64,000 bases of DNA from Callorhinchus milii. Its lineage: Eukaryota. Under the pieces are notes generated by a model. It was given only the letters and a program-made list of their open reading frames with translations, searched no databases and had not been told where the DNA came from. Position 1 is the first letter of the stretch, and the number at the start of each line of letters is the position of its first letter. A program made the translations under genes and the position numbers. Below are positions 12,880 through 25,379 of the stretch, in pieces. The DNA lies in NCBI RefSeq assembly GCF_018977255.1, contig NW_024704742.1, positions 133,240,001-133,304,000 of the forward strand. Reading direction: 5' to 3'.

Positions 12880-14225
12880 AGTCTGCTTGTTGGCCTTCCC
12901 AACTCTTCCCTCTAAAAGCTGCAGATCATCCAGAACTCTGCAGCTCATGTCGTCTCCCGCACCAGGCTCCGTGACCCTATTACCCCCCACTCGCCCAAAT
13001 CCACTGGATCCCTGGAGGACAGTGTTCAAAATCCTCGTCCTTGTCTTCAAGGTTCTTGCCTTCAAGGCCCTCCACGGCCTCTCAAAGCCAGTCAGGAACC
13101 TCGGCGTTTTGTTCGACCCTGAGCTGTCCTTTCTCCCTCACATCCGTACCACAACTGGCACCTCCTTCCATCACTTCCGGAACATCGCCAGACTACGGCA
13201 TTACCTCACCCCTCACGCTGCTGAAACCCTGGTTCACGCCTTTGTCACCTCAAGGCTGGACTATGGGAACTCTCTCCTCGCCGGCCTTCCCGCCACCTCC
13301 CTCCACACTGCAGGTCATTCAGAACTCTGCAGCTCGTGTACTGTCCCGCACCAGGCTTCGGGACCACATCACTCCCACCCTCGCTCGCCTCCACTGGCTC
13401 CCCATCCCCCAGAGGATTGATTTCAAGATCCTCATCCTCACCTACAAGGCCATTCACGGCCTTGCTCCCTCCTACCTCTCCAACCTACTATCCCCCTACC
13501 TACCTGCCCGTACCCTCCGTTCCTCTGGCTCCGGTCTGCTCCACGTCCCCCGCCCCAACCGCCCTACCATCGGTGGTCGGGCCTTCAGCCTCTCAGCCTC
13601 CAGGCTCTGGAACTCCATCCCCCAGTGCCTTCGCCGCTTCCTCCCTCTCCTCCTTCAAGGCCGGTCTCAAAACCTTTCTCTTTGACTGTGCCTTCAGCTC
13701 CCCTCTCGATTCTCTTCCCCCTCCTCGCTCCCTCCCTTCCCTCCCCTCACCCTGACCATTTCCCCCCTGCTCGGGTCATGACCCAACTGTGCAGCGCCTT
13801 GGGACGTCCTCCTGACGTGAAAGGCGCTTTATAAATGGAATCTTGTTGTTGTTGTTGCTCCTTCCTACCTCTGTGAGCGCTAACCCCATTCAACCTGTCC
13901 GCTACCTCCCCTCAGCAGTCTCCGGTCTGCTCCACTTCCCCCACCAGGCCCGTCCCACCATCAGCAGTTGAGCCTTCAGCTTCTCTGCCTCCAACTTTTG
14001 GAACTCCACCATCCTCCAGTCACTTTGTCGTGCTTTCTCCTTTGCCTCCTTCAAAGCACATCTCAAGACCCTCCTCTTCAACAGTGCGTTTGCACACCCT
14101 CCTACCCCTGCCCAGCAACCCCCTGATCCCAACCCCCAGCTCAGATCCAAATCCCTGACTGTCCAGCGCCTTGGGACTTCCTCGCGAAGTGAAAGGCGCT
14201 ATGCAAAAGTAATGTTGTTGTTGTT
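12880..14225 (+). mobile_element. L2 LINE 3' fragments: a younger copy (13081-13857) nested in an older copy
   Basis: VRNLGVLFDPELSFLPHI...NIARLR...LVHAFVTSRLDYGNSLLAG and QNSAARVL...LHWLPIPQRIDFKI are typical L2 ORF2 C-terminal motifs. Frameshifted, with a (TTG)n tail. Confidence 0.9.
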
Positions 14226-16579
14226 TTCCCTCCCCTCTCCACTATAACATATTGCAGAATGTTCTGAGGTCAATTTGACCATTGGACTTGGGTTGAGTGG
14301 TCTGGTTGGGTCCAATCTTTTGTTGTTTCTGAAGAAAAACTTGGAGAAAGCAAGAATCGGGGAAAAAGGTGGAAGAGATTGGAAGCTGTAATGGAACTTG
14401 AGGATTTTCCCAGTATGGAGGACTTCCAAATTGATGTGACTGTGCCATGAACAGTTTGGGTCTTTCACTGAGGTGCGAGATGCATGTACGTGTGTGAGGA
14501 GATAAACCAATGAGTGAGTGGCAATCTCTGGTGCGCCAAACACTGCGCGATTGTTACTGTTTTGCTTTACACTATAAATCAGTGGTACTCATAGTTTCTG
14601 AGGACCCGGCAAAGTAGATGAGTAATTTGGCATTAGGATGTTGCTATGCCCAAATTGGTTGCCATGTTTGCCTACAAAATAGTTGCTAAATTTTACACTA
14701 AAATCCATTGGAAGTGCTTTGATACATGCCCTGATGTAAAAGGTGCCATATCAAATGCAATGTTTATTTTTTATTATTGCAGGTTCCAATCTATAATAAA
14801 CAGAATTCTTAAATGTGATGTAGTGCCTTATGACAAGACATCTCGAAACTTAGTCGCAGGATTATCTTGTGAAGTGGATAGTGACTCTTATTTGTCAGCA
14901 AACGTGGCAGCCGATTTGTGCACAGCAATGTCCTATAAATGGCCAAGTAGTGAATGACCAGGTTTATCTGGGGGATTTTGACCAGGAGAAACTCCCTCTT
15001 GAAGAAGATACGCAGATGGAGGTGGCCTAGCAACAAGCTAGTTAATGTCTTATGAATCACTAGCCATCAGAGCTTTGTGAGGAATCTTAGGATGATGGCA
15101 TACATCCATAATCTTTTAACTGGTGTTTGATCTAACTTGCATTTCCAGTGTTTTGTATGTTTGTTTTGGTAGCAATTTGCTTCCCTTTCCAGCCAGGGAC
15201 AATGTATTTTGCAATCAGATGTCTGGAGCTGCAACACAGCTCTCTGGAGTTTGAAATCCCAAGTTTGCCTTAATGTTTGATGCCGTTTGATTGCATTAGC
15301 TGCAGTATACCCCACCTTTTCCTCAACAAAAAAAGTCATCAGTCATCAGTAATCACCTACAACATGCTGGAATTTTACTTTACTTGGATGAATGTTTCCA
15401 AAAATGATTATAGCATGCCACCTATGGGTGATGTTTATGCACACACTACTTATTGCAAATATGGGTCGTTTCATTTACTCAACACGGGATAATCATTGTA
15501 TATAATGCGTTGTCACCAAGACTTCTCAAAAAGCTTTACAGGATTTTACTGTGAAGTGTATTTACCGACTGTGGGACATTGCTATCTACAAATTCGGCAC
15601 CGCACCCACAAAATTTAAAGTTTATTCTGTGAAGTGTTTTGAGACATCTCAACGATGTAATAATAAAATTATTATTTTTTGCCAACAAATACACCGGCAG
15701 TCATGAAGTGAATGGCCAGTATTATTGGGAGGGGGATTGGTGGTCCGGATACTAGGAGAAACTCCTTTCTCTTCAAATACTGCCATTCGGATGATTGACT
15801 ATTGGATTACTTTCATCACATTTTTGAAGCGTAGCTTTGAAGATTACAGTTTTGACTAGCTTTGAGTTTGAAAAATAACCTGTCTCTGCTTCATTTCACT
15901 TTGCACTCAATGTCTTGACAGCTGACATTTCCAAAGATGTAGATACATGTCTTCAAAAGATTTGCTTACCAAAAGTGACTACACTTGGCTGGTAATCAGA
16001 GTAAAGCATGTACTGATTTCAGCTGAAGGGACTACAAAAGTAATGACTAGGTTGAATTAAGGGGCAATGGTCTGCAAGCAATCAATTTATGTATGTAAGT
16101 TGACAAGCAAAAAGGGTCTACATGCTTGGCAATGCAGAATCAAGTTAATCAGAATCAAGTTACAATCCAAAATTACATTTGCATAGCGCCTTTCTAGTCC
16201 CAAAATGCCATTACAATGCAATACCACAGAAGTTAATTCTCTGTGGTGACAAGTAATCTTGCATTTGATACAGTTTTATTAAGTCTATCTGATCCCTAAA
16301 TCTGGTGAATCCAAAGTGTTTTAGGACACTGCAACAGCCACCCTCCCCTCTTTAAAGGTACATCTCAAAATGTAGTTTTGATGGGACTTTCAATCATGTC
16401 TGCTGCCCGCTTCCCACAGTACACAGCACAGTGAATCCTCCTCAAGCAAATTGCATTCTGTTGGCTTTGCAGCAAATGCTATAACATTATTTCAATGGCA
16501 ATGAAGTCAATTTCTTGAATTCCAGTATTCTGGATGCACTTTGTCCTAACATGAAAGCAAACAAGTCAACACGAGGCAG

Positions 16580-16608
16580 TTTATTTTTCCTTCTAAATTA
16601 CATTTATT
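16580..16608 (-). terminator. Candidate polyadenylation signals of TMEM267
   Basis: Two AATAAA on - (16580-16585, 16603-16608) at the end of an AT-rich stretch about 4.2 kb past the stop codon. Confidence 0.35.
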
Positions 16609-19589
16609 GTAATAATAAACACCACTTAAACTTACACCACAGACACACTCATTTATATGATCACAGCTACTTTTAGAATAAATACAATACGTCACCTGCA
16701 GCTTTGCCAGTAGTTGACCACAATTATTTCTGAATTAAGTGCTCCCCAGTATTGTGACTTCAAGCAGCATTATACTGAACATGAGCAATCCACTTCAAAT
16801 AGTTATTGAAGTAACTTGTTCCTTATTATGTGCACTTTGTTTCAGCTGCATAAATGTTGGCTTGCCAGCCTACACGTGATTTCTATTGTAACCTGGAGTT
16901 TGAACGTCCGTTATGTAAGAGTGTCCTTTTCCCCATTTACTTCTCAATGGACTATTTCAGAAATCTCCTACCCTTGCATCGACTCAGCTGTGAGGCTCTG
17001 GAATACATGCTGGAAATAAGAGCACGACACTCTGTGAAACTCTCCTTGTTGTCAAGAACAAGTGTGCAATGACTAGACAGAGCTAATGACCAACACTGCT
17101 TCTCAGGGCACACTGAACATGAAAATCCCTTAGAAAAACCTACAGCTTTTTTTTTAAAAAAGCAGGTGCTGAATACAATTTGTGAATATTTAACAGATTG
17201 AAATCTAACCTTCAATTCACTGAATTCACAGTAAGGACTGAATACAGAGACTAAAGTTTCATTTGTTCCATTTCACGAATGGCAAGGCTTAAAACTGACA
17301 CGCAAACTATTTTATGCAACATTTCAGGTTTTCTGTTCAATATCTCAATGTCGTATATTTTTAGGATTAAATTCTTTAATTGCAACCAGCACAACTACAG
17401 TAAGTGCCTTTTAACTACTGGCAAACATTTACTCCTACAACATTTGATCTCCAATAGTAAACTACTTAATCGTTACAAAAACTTACAGTGCACATGGAAC
17501 AGCTTTAATATTAAATCAAATAAATTTGTGTCTGATGGAAAATTCATTACCTGGAGAAAAAGCCTCTTAATCTCAGAGTGCTACACCATTGGCTTGGTGC
17601 TCCTTTAACATTTAACCGAATTTTAAAATAAATACAAAATGTTTAAAAAAATATAAAAATATAAAAGAACAAAATGTTTTGTTTTTTCCACAGAGGATTG
17701 GCATCTCAAAGTGCTTTATAGAGATAAAAGGGAGCCAGGGAGCAGAGGGGAAATGAAATATAATAATAATAATTCTTGCATTTGACATAGCACCTGATCA
17801 CATTGCGAGATGCCTCAAAAGAGCTTCACAGGATAATAACAATACACTGTAAAGTGTGTAACTGTGTAATTTTGAACCACACACCCAAAATAAAATAGCA
17901 CACACTTGTTTCTTGAAACACATGCGTTTTGATGACAATTTTTAACCGCTTGGAGGGAGAACCCCAAAAAATTTGACAATTAAAAATTATGACCTTAATC
18001 AATCAATCATAAATCTTCAATTCCTACTATAATAAAGCACTCTTTACCTTTGTATTGCAAAAGAAGTCTAACACTATTGCAATTACACCATTCAGTGATG
18101 CAAACAGTAATGGTAGCCTGGGGTACAGTGCTCTGATTATATGGTTTTGCTCCAGTGGTTCTGACTGCAAGCTTCTCATCTCTGGTAAATTGCTGGGGAG
18201 GTGCTTATCCAGAAGTAGAGAGAATCTATCTGCACTGCTCTCACTCGCATCCTTTCGTACTGGTAAAGGGATTCTTACCAGGAAATGAACATCCACTTAC
18301 TCTCAGGCTGCAAATGGAACAAAATCAAGGAACAGGTTTGGAGGGTTCATGAATAAAATGTGAAATCAAAACCACATACTCTTACTCAGCGGACAAAAGT
18401 GGCTGTCCTGCTTATCTCCTGCACCAATATTTACAACAACTTGCATTTATATAGTATTCGCTCAGGCGGGATTACATCTCAGAGCGCTGTATAGCTTTTT
18501 CCAAAAATAACTTCCCTGCACATTTATGCATGTGGCCGTCATTCATGGAATTTAACAATCATTTCTGTGTAAACACATTTGGGCAAAATCTCAATTCTGC
18601 TTTTCGGGCATCGGTGTTGCGATGCAGACCATTAATGGCATTCCCCATTAATGGTCTGCATCGCCCCACCCATTGGTGTGCAATGCTGAACTGACTTATT
18701 ACCTTCACTGACTGGCTTTTGACAAGAGAGAAAGAAATGCTTGCACGGAGGACAGGTATATTTGCAACGGTGCAAACCTATTGCGCTCACTTATATTTTC
18801 ACTTTGATCACAGATTAAGAGAGAAATATGGAGGCCAATAGTTCTCCCAAATTGGGGGGCACTGCTATGTGCAAATCAGCCACTTGCATTTGCCTGCAAA
18901 TACAGTCACTGATCAGGGATTACCAAAGAAGTGCTTTATACAGTTTCGACTCTGGAAGTTCAAATATCATGAACAGAGTAGTGCTACTGGAGCCATCCTC
19001 TCTACCAGTGGTGGTTAACCAGTGGCCCCCCACCAAACGCTCACTGGCTCCCAATGCTTCCTCCAATCAAAGTCCCATCATCTGGAAAGTCAAACTTCAC
19101 ACAGAAAGTAATCCTTCATCAGCTCAAACAAAGGAATACAGGAACATGCAGAGGTAAAGATGATGACTGGCCTGTTCGAGATGATCTCAATTTCAAACCC
19201 CATCTCACCCATCTCACCCAACTCACTCAATCTACAATATTCTCGCATCACTCATCCCCTTGAATCTGATCACCTGAAACATCTGGTAAAGTCAGGAAGT
19301 CTGAGTGGATTTTTAAAAAAAAAATAGGACCAGAATCAGTCTTCCCTTTTGTAAATTTAGCAGCAATTTGTGAAGCTCTTTTTATATATATTTATAGAAT
19401 TGGCACACATTAGGGGGAGGCCGAGAACAAACATTGCCTTTCACACTGTGACTGACGAGTTAGCATGCTGAGAAAACCTCGGCTTTCAGACGCTTCATTA
19501 CCTTTTAAGGCCCAACTCACCCAAAACCTACAGCAGCTTTTCCTTTACTCTGGGTTTCAACTTTGGCTAATCGTCCTGTTAACCAATAG

Positions 19590-19966
19590 CAACAACAATC
19601 CTTGTATTTGATATAGCGCCTTATCACGTCTTCGAGACGTCTCAAAGAGCTTCACAGAATATTTTGTAAAGTGAATTGTCTGTATATTTTGTGGGCAAAA
19701 TTGCTCAGCAGCCAAATTGCTCACAGCAGTGTCCCCACAAAGTCATGGATTTGAGTGACCAATTTATTATTATTATTTTGAAGGAATTATTACCCCCGGA
19801 AAAGTGATCTGCCAATCGACTAACCATCGGGTTTCTACTTACTGCTCGGTACACAGAGATGTGTTGGAGTAAGGAAACTTACCCAATGTTTCGCCCTGCC
19901 GGGAATCGAACTTGGGTCTCTCGCTTGCAAGTTGAGCGCTCTAATCACTGAGCTACAGAACTCCAC
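19590..19966 (-). mobile_element. Full-length tRNA-derived SINE, long variant
   Basis: On -: GTGGAG...TAGCTCAGTG (A box)...GTTCGATTCC (B box)...GTTTCCTTACTCCA, then body and L2-like tail. Other copies at about 460-730(-), 23585-23945(+), 24650-24970(-), 46537-46901(-), 50595-50910(+), 56215-56585(+) and 58144-58435(+). Confidence 0.85.
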
Positions 19967-20779
19967 CTATTTTAACTATGCAGGTGCTTACAGCAGTACA
20001 TCCACTAATAAAGGAGGGAGCTTTATCAAGGGAATACTGGGCTGGTATCAGTTTGGTATCAGTGCCTTCTTTTTATAAACATTTGGATGGTCATTTAGCT
20101 AAGTGTCAAATACTGCATGTACACTGTTGTACATTTTGCTTTGCCAAATAATTTCTCCCCACAATTGTTAAACCAAAATGGATTCTGAAAATAGTCAAAA
20201 TCTATCCTTTGTTTTGAAATCATGAATTCTCAACAATTATACTTAAGAGGTTTGGATAAGATTAACTTCAGAGTAACCAATTTATCACAATTCATAACAC
20301 TGTGCCTTGGGACGTCCTCCCGACATGAAAGACGCTATACAAATACAAGTTGTTGTTGATTTTCTTGCATGGGACTTGGGTTAACACAGCTCATCATCGA
20401 ATGAGGTTGCAAAGCCAATTCGGTTGCAAATCCTGATTCACAAACAACAACAGATTATTCTAGCTGTAGCTATGAAAAGGAATGCATTTGAACCCCACTG
20501 GATTTTAGATTCAAAAGTTTCAGATGTAGTGCTGGACTAGGGTTAAATGTGGAGAATGAGGGTTTCAAAATAAAGCTCTTATGTATTACAGCCTAGCACA
20601 ATGATCAGGAAAGGAAGCTAGGACTGTAAAACCATAATAAGCTGCTGTTAGTTAGATTCAAGTAGTTTCACCCAAATCAGCAATATCCTACTAAATGATA
20701 CTTTTGTAACCTAGTTCAAATATGCTATTTCAGTGCAGTCAGCACCACCGTATACTGCACATTACAGCACACATGACTT

Positions 20780-21115
20780 TTATACATCTATGGCAATCCC
20801 ATGGGACATGGACATGGTTTCTCTCGTACCAGTCAAGTACATAAGGACAGAGCAGAGATGAGGGAACGATGAGGTGATTGCTATGTAGAGCCAATATGGC
20901 ACGGGGGCTGTATTTCCAAAGGGACAGAACCACAGTCCTCGTCGGGCTCCATCACGGATGTGGTGAGAGACCCAGGATATGGTCACCATCCACGGGAGAA
21001 AGCACCACGAGTCTTTGAGCCTGAAGAGCCACATGAACAGTCTCATTGAGAAAGCGACCACAGGGATGACTGTGGAGCAGTGGAGCGGAGGCCTCTGAGG
21101 CAGAAGCAACGCAGC
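20780..21115 (-). CDS. TMEM267: Transmembrane protein 267, last coding exon
   Basis: tttag| acceptor. Encodes [20 protein letters not shown]...[10 protein letters not shown]...SHHIRDG...GLWFCPFG...HGIAIDV-stop, closely matching the vertebrate TMEM267 C-terminus. Confidence 0.95.
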   Translation of the reverse strand, partial: AALLLPQRPPLHCSTVIPVVAFSMRLFMWLFRLKDSWCFLPWMVTISWVSHHIRDGARRGLWFCPFGNTAPVPYWLYIAITSSFPHLCSVLMYLTGTRETMSMSHGIAIDV

Positions 21116-22970
21116 CTAAATGGAGAGAAAATAAACCTCATTAACACACAGTAAACGTCTCCAGCTTCCTCACGTTTTTTACTATTGTATTTAAATCAGA
21201 TTACACAACACAAGTAAAACTAGAAAGGGAGTGTTCAATAAAGTTGCCAAACCTTCCTCCTGACACACTTCTAACCCATTTATTTAAAATCAGCTTGCTG
21301 GATTCTCGCTTATGGAACAATTCCTTGTATCCACCACGAACTCCCCAGATACGAATAAAAATCATTAAAAGACTGGACAAATATAGGTCAGAAACAAAGA
21401 GAGCTCCAAGCTGCCAAATTTCAAGCGCATCTGCTAAGTCAGTCAGAAGCATTAAATGGGACAGGGAGGGGTGTACAGTTTCCCTTTTGGTTGATTTTGA
21501 GCAGGACTGATTGAGCCTCTTCCTTTGCCTCCTTCAAGGTCCACCTCAAGACTCATTAAATAATAATAATCCTTGCATTTCATATAGGGCCTTATCATGT
21601 TTTCAGCCATCTTCCCTCCCCCCCCCCTTTAGACTGTCCAGGAGATGTCCTCCTGATGTGAAAGGTGTAAAAATAATAATTCTTGCATTTGATACAGCGA
21701 CTTATCACATCTTTGAGACAGCTCAAAGCGCTTCACAGGATATACTGTAAAGTGTAGTGACTGTGTTTTGTGGGTGAAATGCAGTAGCCAATTGTAAATT
21801 TGTACTGTTTAGTAAATGGCTGGACATTAAAAGACAGAACGCAACGAAGAAAGATTTTTAGGGACACAGAAACAAGTATAAATGCTTTGAATTAGATAAA
21901 TACCTAAAAAGGAGTCAACGACAGTAGTATGGGGAAAGAGCAGGTAAATGGGACCCAAAGGATTGTTCTTTGACGAACCAAAAATGCAAGAATTAGGACC
22001 TCCCAATCTATCCTAACAGATAATATCCTAATTGTATCCTAATACAATATTTGTTCACCGTCACTAACTTCCTAATTGCTGCAACTGTGGAAAACTTAGA
22101 GATTTCAGGAAACCGAAGAAACAAACTGGTCACAACAGAATACTCTTAACTATTCCAGACTAGATAACCAGTCTTGATAATGTACAATCGTCTCGGTAGG
22201 AATATATAAAAGTCCTAAATAATTCAAAGGGTCTTTCACCTTTATATTATATTAAAAAAAGCTATTTTTTCTGCATTGACAGGTTAAGGGGAGACTGATC
22301 AGGATCTCTGCCACAAACTGTTGAAGCAAAGCAATATAACAAGATTTACATTTCTATAGTACTTTTCACATTGCCAGGATAATCCCAAAGCATCTAGGAT
22401 AACTGGCTCGGTAATAATAATAATTAACAATAACAAATATTTTTTAAAAATGTAAACACTTTTTTTTAGACAGAAGCTTAAAAACAAGAATATTTTAAGA
22501 TATGGTGAATACAGGAGTCTGAGGGAGACCGGGAATATGAGATTAGATCGGTTTGTACGGACTAAAAACCATAGCCCAGCTCAGTTTCTTTGCTGTAATA
22601 TTCTATGATTCTAGGACGACTGTGAGTGGTTTGATTTCCATAAGTTATTGTTGACTGACTAGCGAAAAACAATTAAGAGAGTACTGTTAATTGCAACCTA
22701 GATGATTACAAACCATGACTGACTAGCAGAGTGTAAAAAAACATTGATAAAGAGTGCAGTACATTATCGTGATTACATGTGGAAGCCATTCCCAAAACAC
22801 AGCAAGTGAGCAACATGGTACTTAAGAGTAATTTTAGCTCCTAATCTTAAACATCTGCCCCACCCATCCCAATTAACCTCAAAGTTTGTTACAGATGTAC
22901 AATAAAAAACATACTTTAGGATGATTATGGTGCAGAGCGTTATTTAAACCAGGCACTTTGAACACATTAC

Positions 22971-23282
22971 CTTGAGAGACAGCGAGCCGGCTGCAAGAAA
23001 GTGATCAGCATCGACGGCGGACGACAGAAGCCCGGCCAGAACAACCTCGTACAAATCACTCCTCTTCTTCAATCCGACCACAATGGCCCAGGACCACAGG
23101 CCAACGGCCCCGTGCACCGCATTGTCCGAAAGAGCCCTGAGCCAGTAGTTGTTCTGTATTAGAGGCAGTTGTAAACACTGATCGGACAGGAAGCAGAACA
23201 CGCCCAGGCCTATGCTCCAGATGACTGACGCCGTGCTGAAGGTCTTGAGCAGCGCACGTGCGTTTTCTGTCTCTGTCGCCAT
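22971..23282 (-). CDS. TMEM267: Transmembrane protein 267, first coding exon
   Basis: MATETENARALLKTFSTASV...WLRALSDNAVHG...DADHFLAAGSLSLK|gtaatg; 312 nt. With the next exon it gives 215 aa. Probable acceptor ttccttgatccag| starts the exon at 23362. An in-frame upstream ATG sits at 23312. Confidence 0.93.
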
Positions 23283-25379
23283 TGTAATCGTGGAGGGTTT
23301 AGACTTAAACATCCTACAGCACGAGTATCATCCATTGTACAGCACTGCAGCACTCCCTCATTCTGGATCAAGGAAAGAATAGCTTGTTACTTGTCACAAC
23401 TTCTCATGACTTTTTTTAAGAGTTACAATAATAAAATGTGTTTCGAGGACTGACAAGATGAGAATTCAAAGCACTGAAGGGTTAGTTGATGTTGAGCTAA
23501 TTTTGGTCTGCCTTGCGTCTGATGACGAAACCTGTTCCGTACTTAAGTCCTCAATTCTAGTTCTTGGGAACTCGCCGAGTCAGATCAGAGTCCCACACCG
23601 TACAGGTTAGCACGCTCCCCTCACAAGCGAGAGGACCCGGGTTTGATGCCTGAGCGGGGCAAAACCTTAGGCATGTTTCCTTACTCCACACACTTCTGAT
23701 TTATCTAGCAGTAAGTAGGAACCTGGTTGTTAGCCGATTGGCGGATTGCTTTTTGGGGGTAATAATCCCGAAAAAAAAAATTGGTCACTCAATCCGTGAC
23801 TGTTTGTGGGACTGCTGTGCGCAATTGGGTGCTGCATTTCACCCACAAAACATACAGTCAATCTAGTTTACAATATATTCTGTGAAGCGTTTCGAGACGG
23901 CTCGATGACGTGATAAAGTGCTATATCAAACGCAAGAATTATCATCATCATCTGTCAACCAGTTACACAATGTGCAATCCCTCCCTTAGGAAAGAGTGAT
24001 GAATCCACTTGCCTGTGATCAGTGGATAGGGAAGCAGACATTTAGAGAACCAAAGTGAGAAGGGAATATAACCAGAATAACTGGGGGGAGAAAACCTACA
24101 TATTTCTTTCAAATGGCAACAAGAGGGGTTGGGGTGTGCGTCCTTAACAACCACTGGAATCACAAGGGAAACAGAACCTAAATTAAAGATATTATCAAGA
24201 AAAATGGAAACAAATAATGAACCTGTATTCAATACAGAATGCTTTGCGAGCACGACAACAGCTGATCTGCGTCAGTCCCGCGTCCCACAAACAACAATGA
24301 GATAAGGCACCATTCTAAAAGTCTTGGGGAACCAGTGCCTTCCGGAAAAAAGAAAATTGTAGGGATAGGTAAACTAAAATAAAAGTTACTGCAGCTTTTA
24401 AAAATATCTACTGCTGGATGAGTGGAAGGAGCGTTTTAAAACAAAGAAATACACCCTTGCCCTTTGCCCCGTCTGTCAATGCCATCGTGCTAAGGGTTTT
24501 CATGCATTTAAATAACTCCAGCTGAATGCAGAACAACTTGATAGGCATAGCATTCGCTATATGAACCATCTCTTGTACGTTTTTTTAAAAGTAATTAAAG
24601 AAAGTAATGGAACAGACATGCTTTGAGCTCCCTCAATGTGAAGTTAAACATAATAATAATCCTTTCATTTGATACGGTCGTCTCAAAACGCTTCACAGAG
24701 TATACTGTGAAGTGACTTGACTGCATATTTTGTGGACGAAAAGTGGCAGCCAACTGCACACAACAGTGTCCCAAGAACAGCTGTGCATTGAGTGACCAAA
24801 TTTTTATTGTTGTTATTATTTTTGACTATTTAATACCCCCGGAAAAGCGATCCACCAATCGATTAACAACCTGGTTCCTAATTACTGCTAGGTAAACAGA
24901 GGTGTGTGGAGTAAGGAAACTTGCCTAACATTACACCCTGTCTGAGAATCGAACCCAGGTCCTCTCGCTTATATAGCGACTTTCACTTTGGAAGGACGTC
25001 TCAAAGCTCTTCACAGGACACACTGTGTATTCGTAGAACAAAACAGCCCATTTGGACACAGTCATGTCCTACAAACACCCGTAAAGTGAATGACCCACGT
25101 TTTATTTGTGGAGATTTTTGGTCAAGGCATCGTGAGAAAGTAACTCCCTTCTCTTTTCGAATAGTGCCACGTGATCTTTGATGTCCAATTAAACAGGCAG
25201 ATGGGACCACAGTTTAATATCTCATCCAAAGAACAGCACATGCGACAATACAGTGCATCCCTAGCACTGCAATGAAATGTCAGCTTGGATATATGGGTTT
25301 CAAGTCCAAGTTTATTTATATATTAATCATTATCCCCATCTCTTGTACTATCAAAACAGCTATAGTAAAAGATGGAAAT

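Noticed and set aside
16690..16770. Minus-strand CCLKSQYWGALNSEIIVVNYWQSC resembling a CC-chemokine exon 2 (similar weak hits near 7930, 15235 and 16335)
   Set aside because: In-frame stops lie immediately before or after, splice sites are unusable, and one hit runs through a SINE tail.
23519..23531. CTGATGACGAAAC, both hammerhead core boxes adjacent
   Set aside because: There is no stem II between the boxes and no flanking stems; likely chance.
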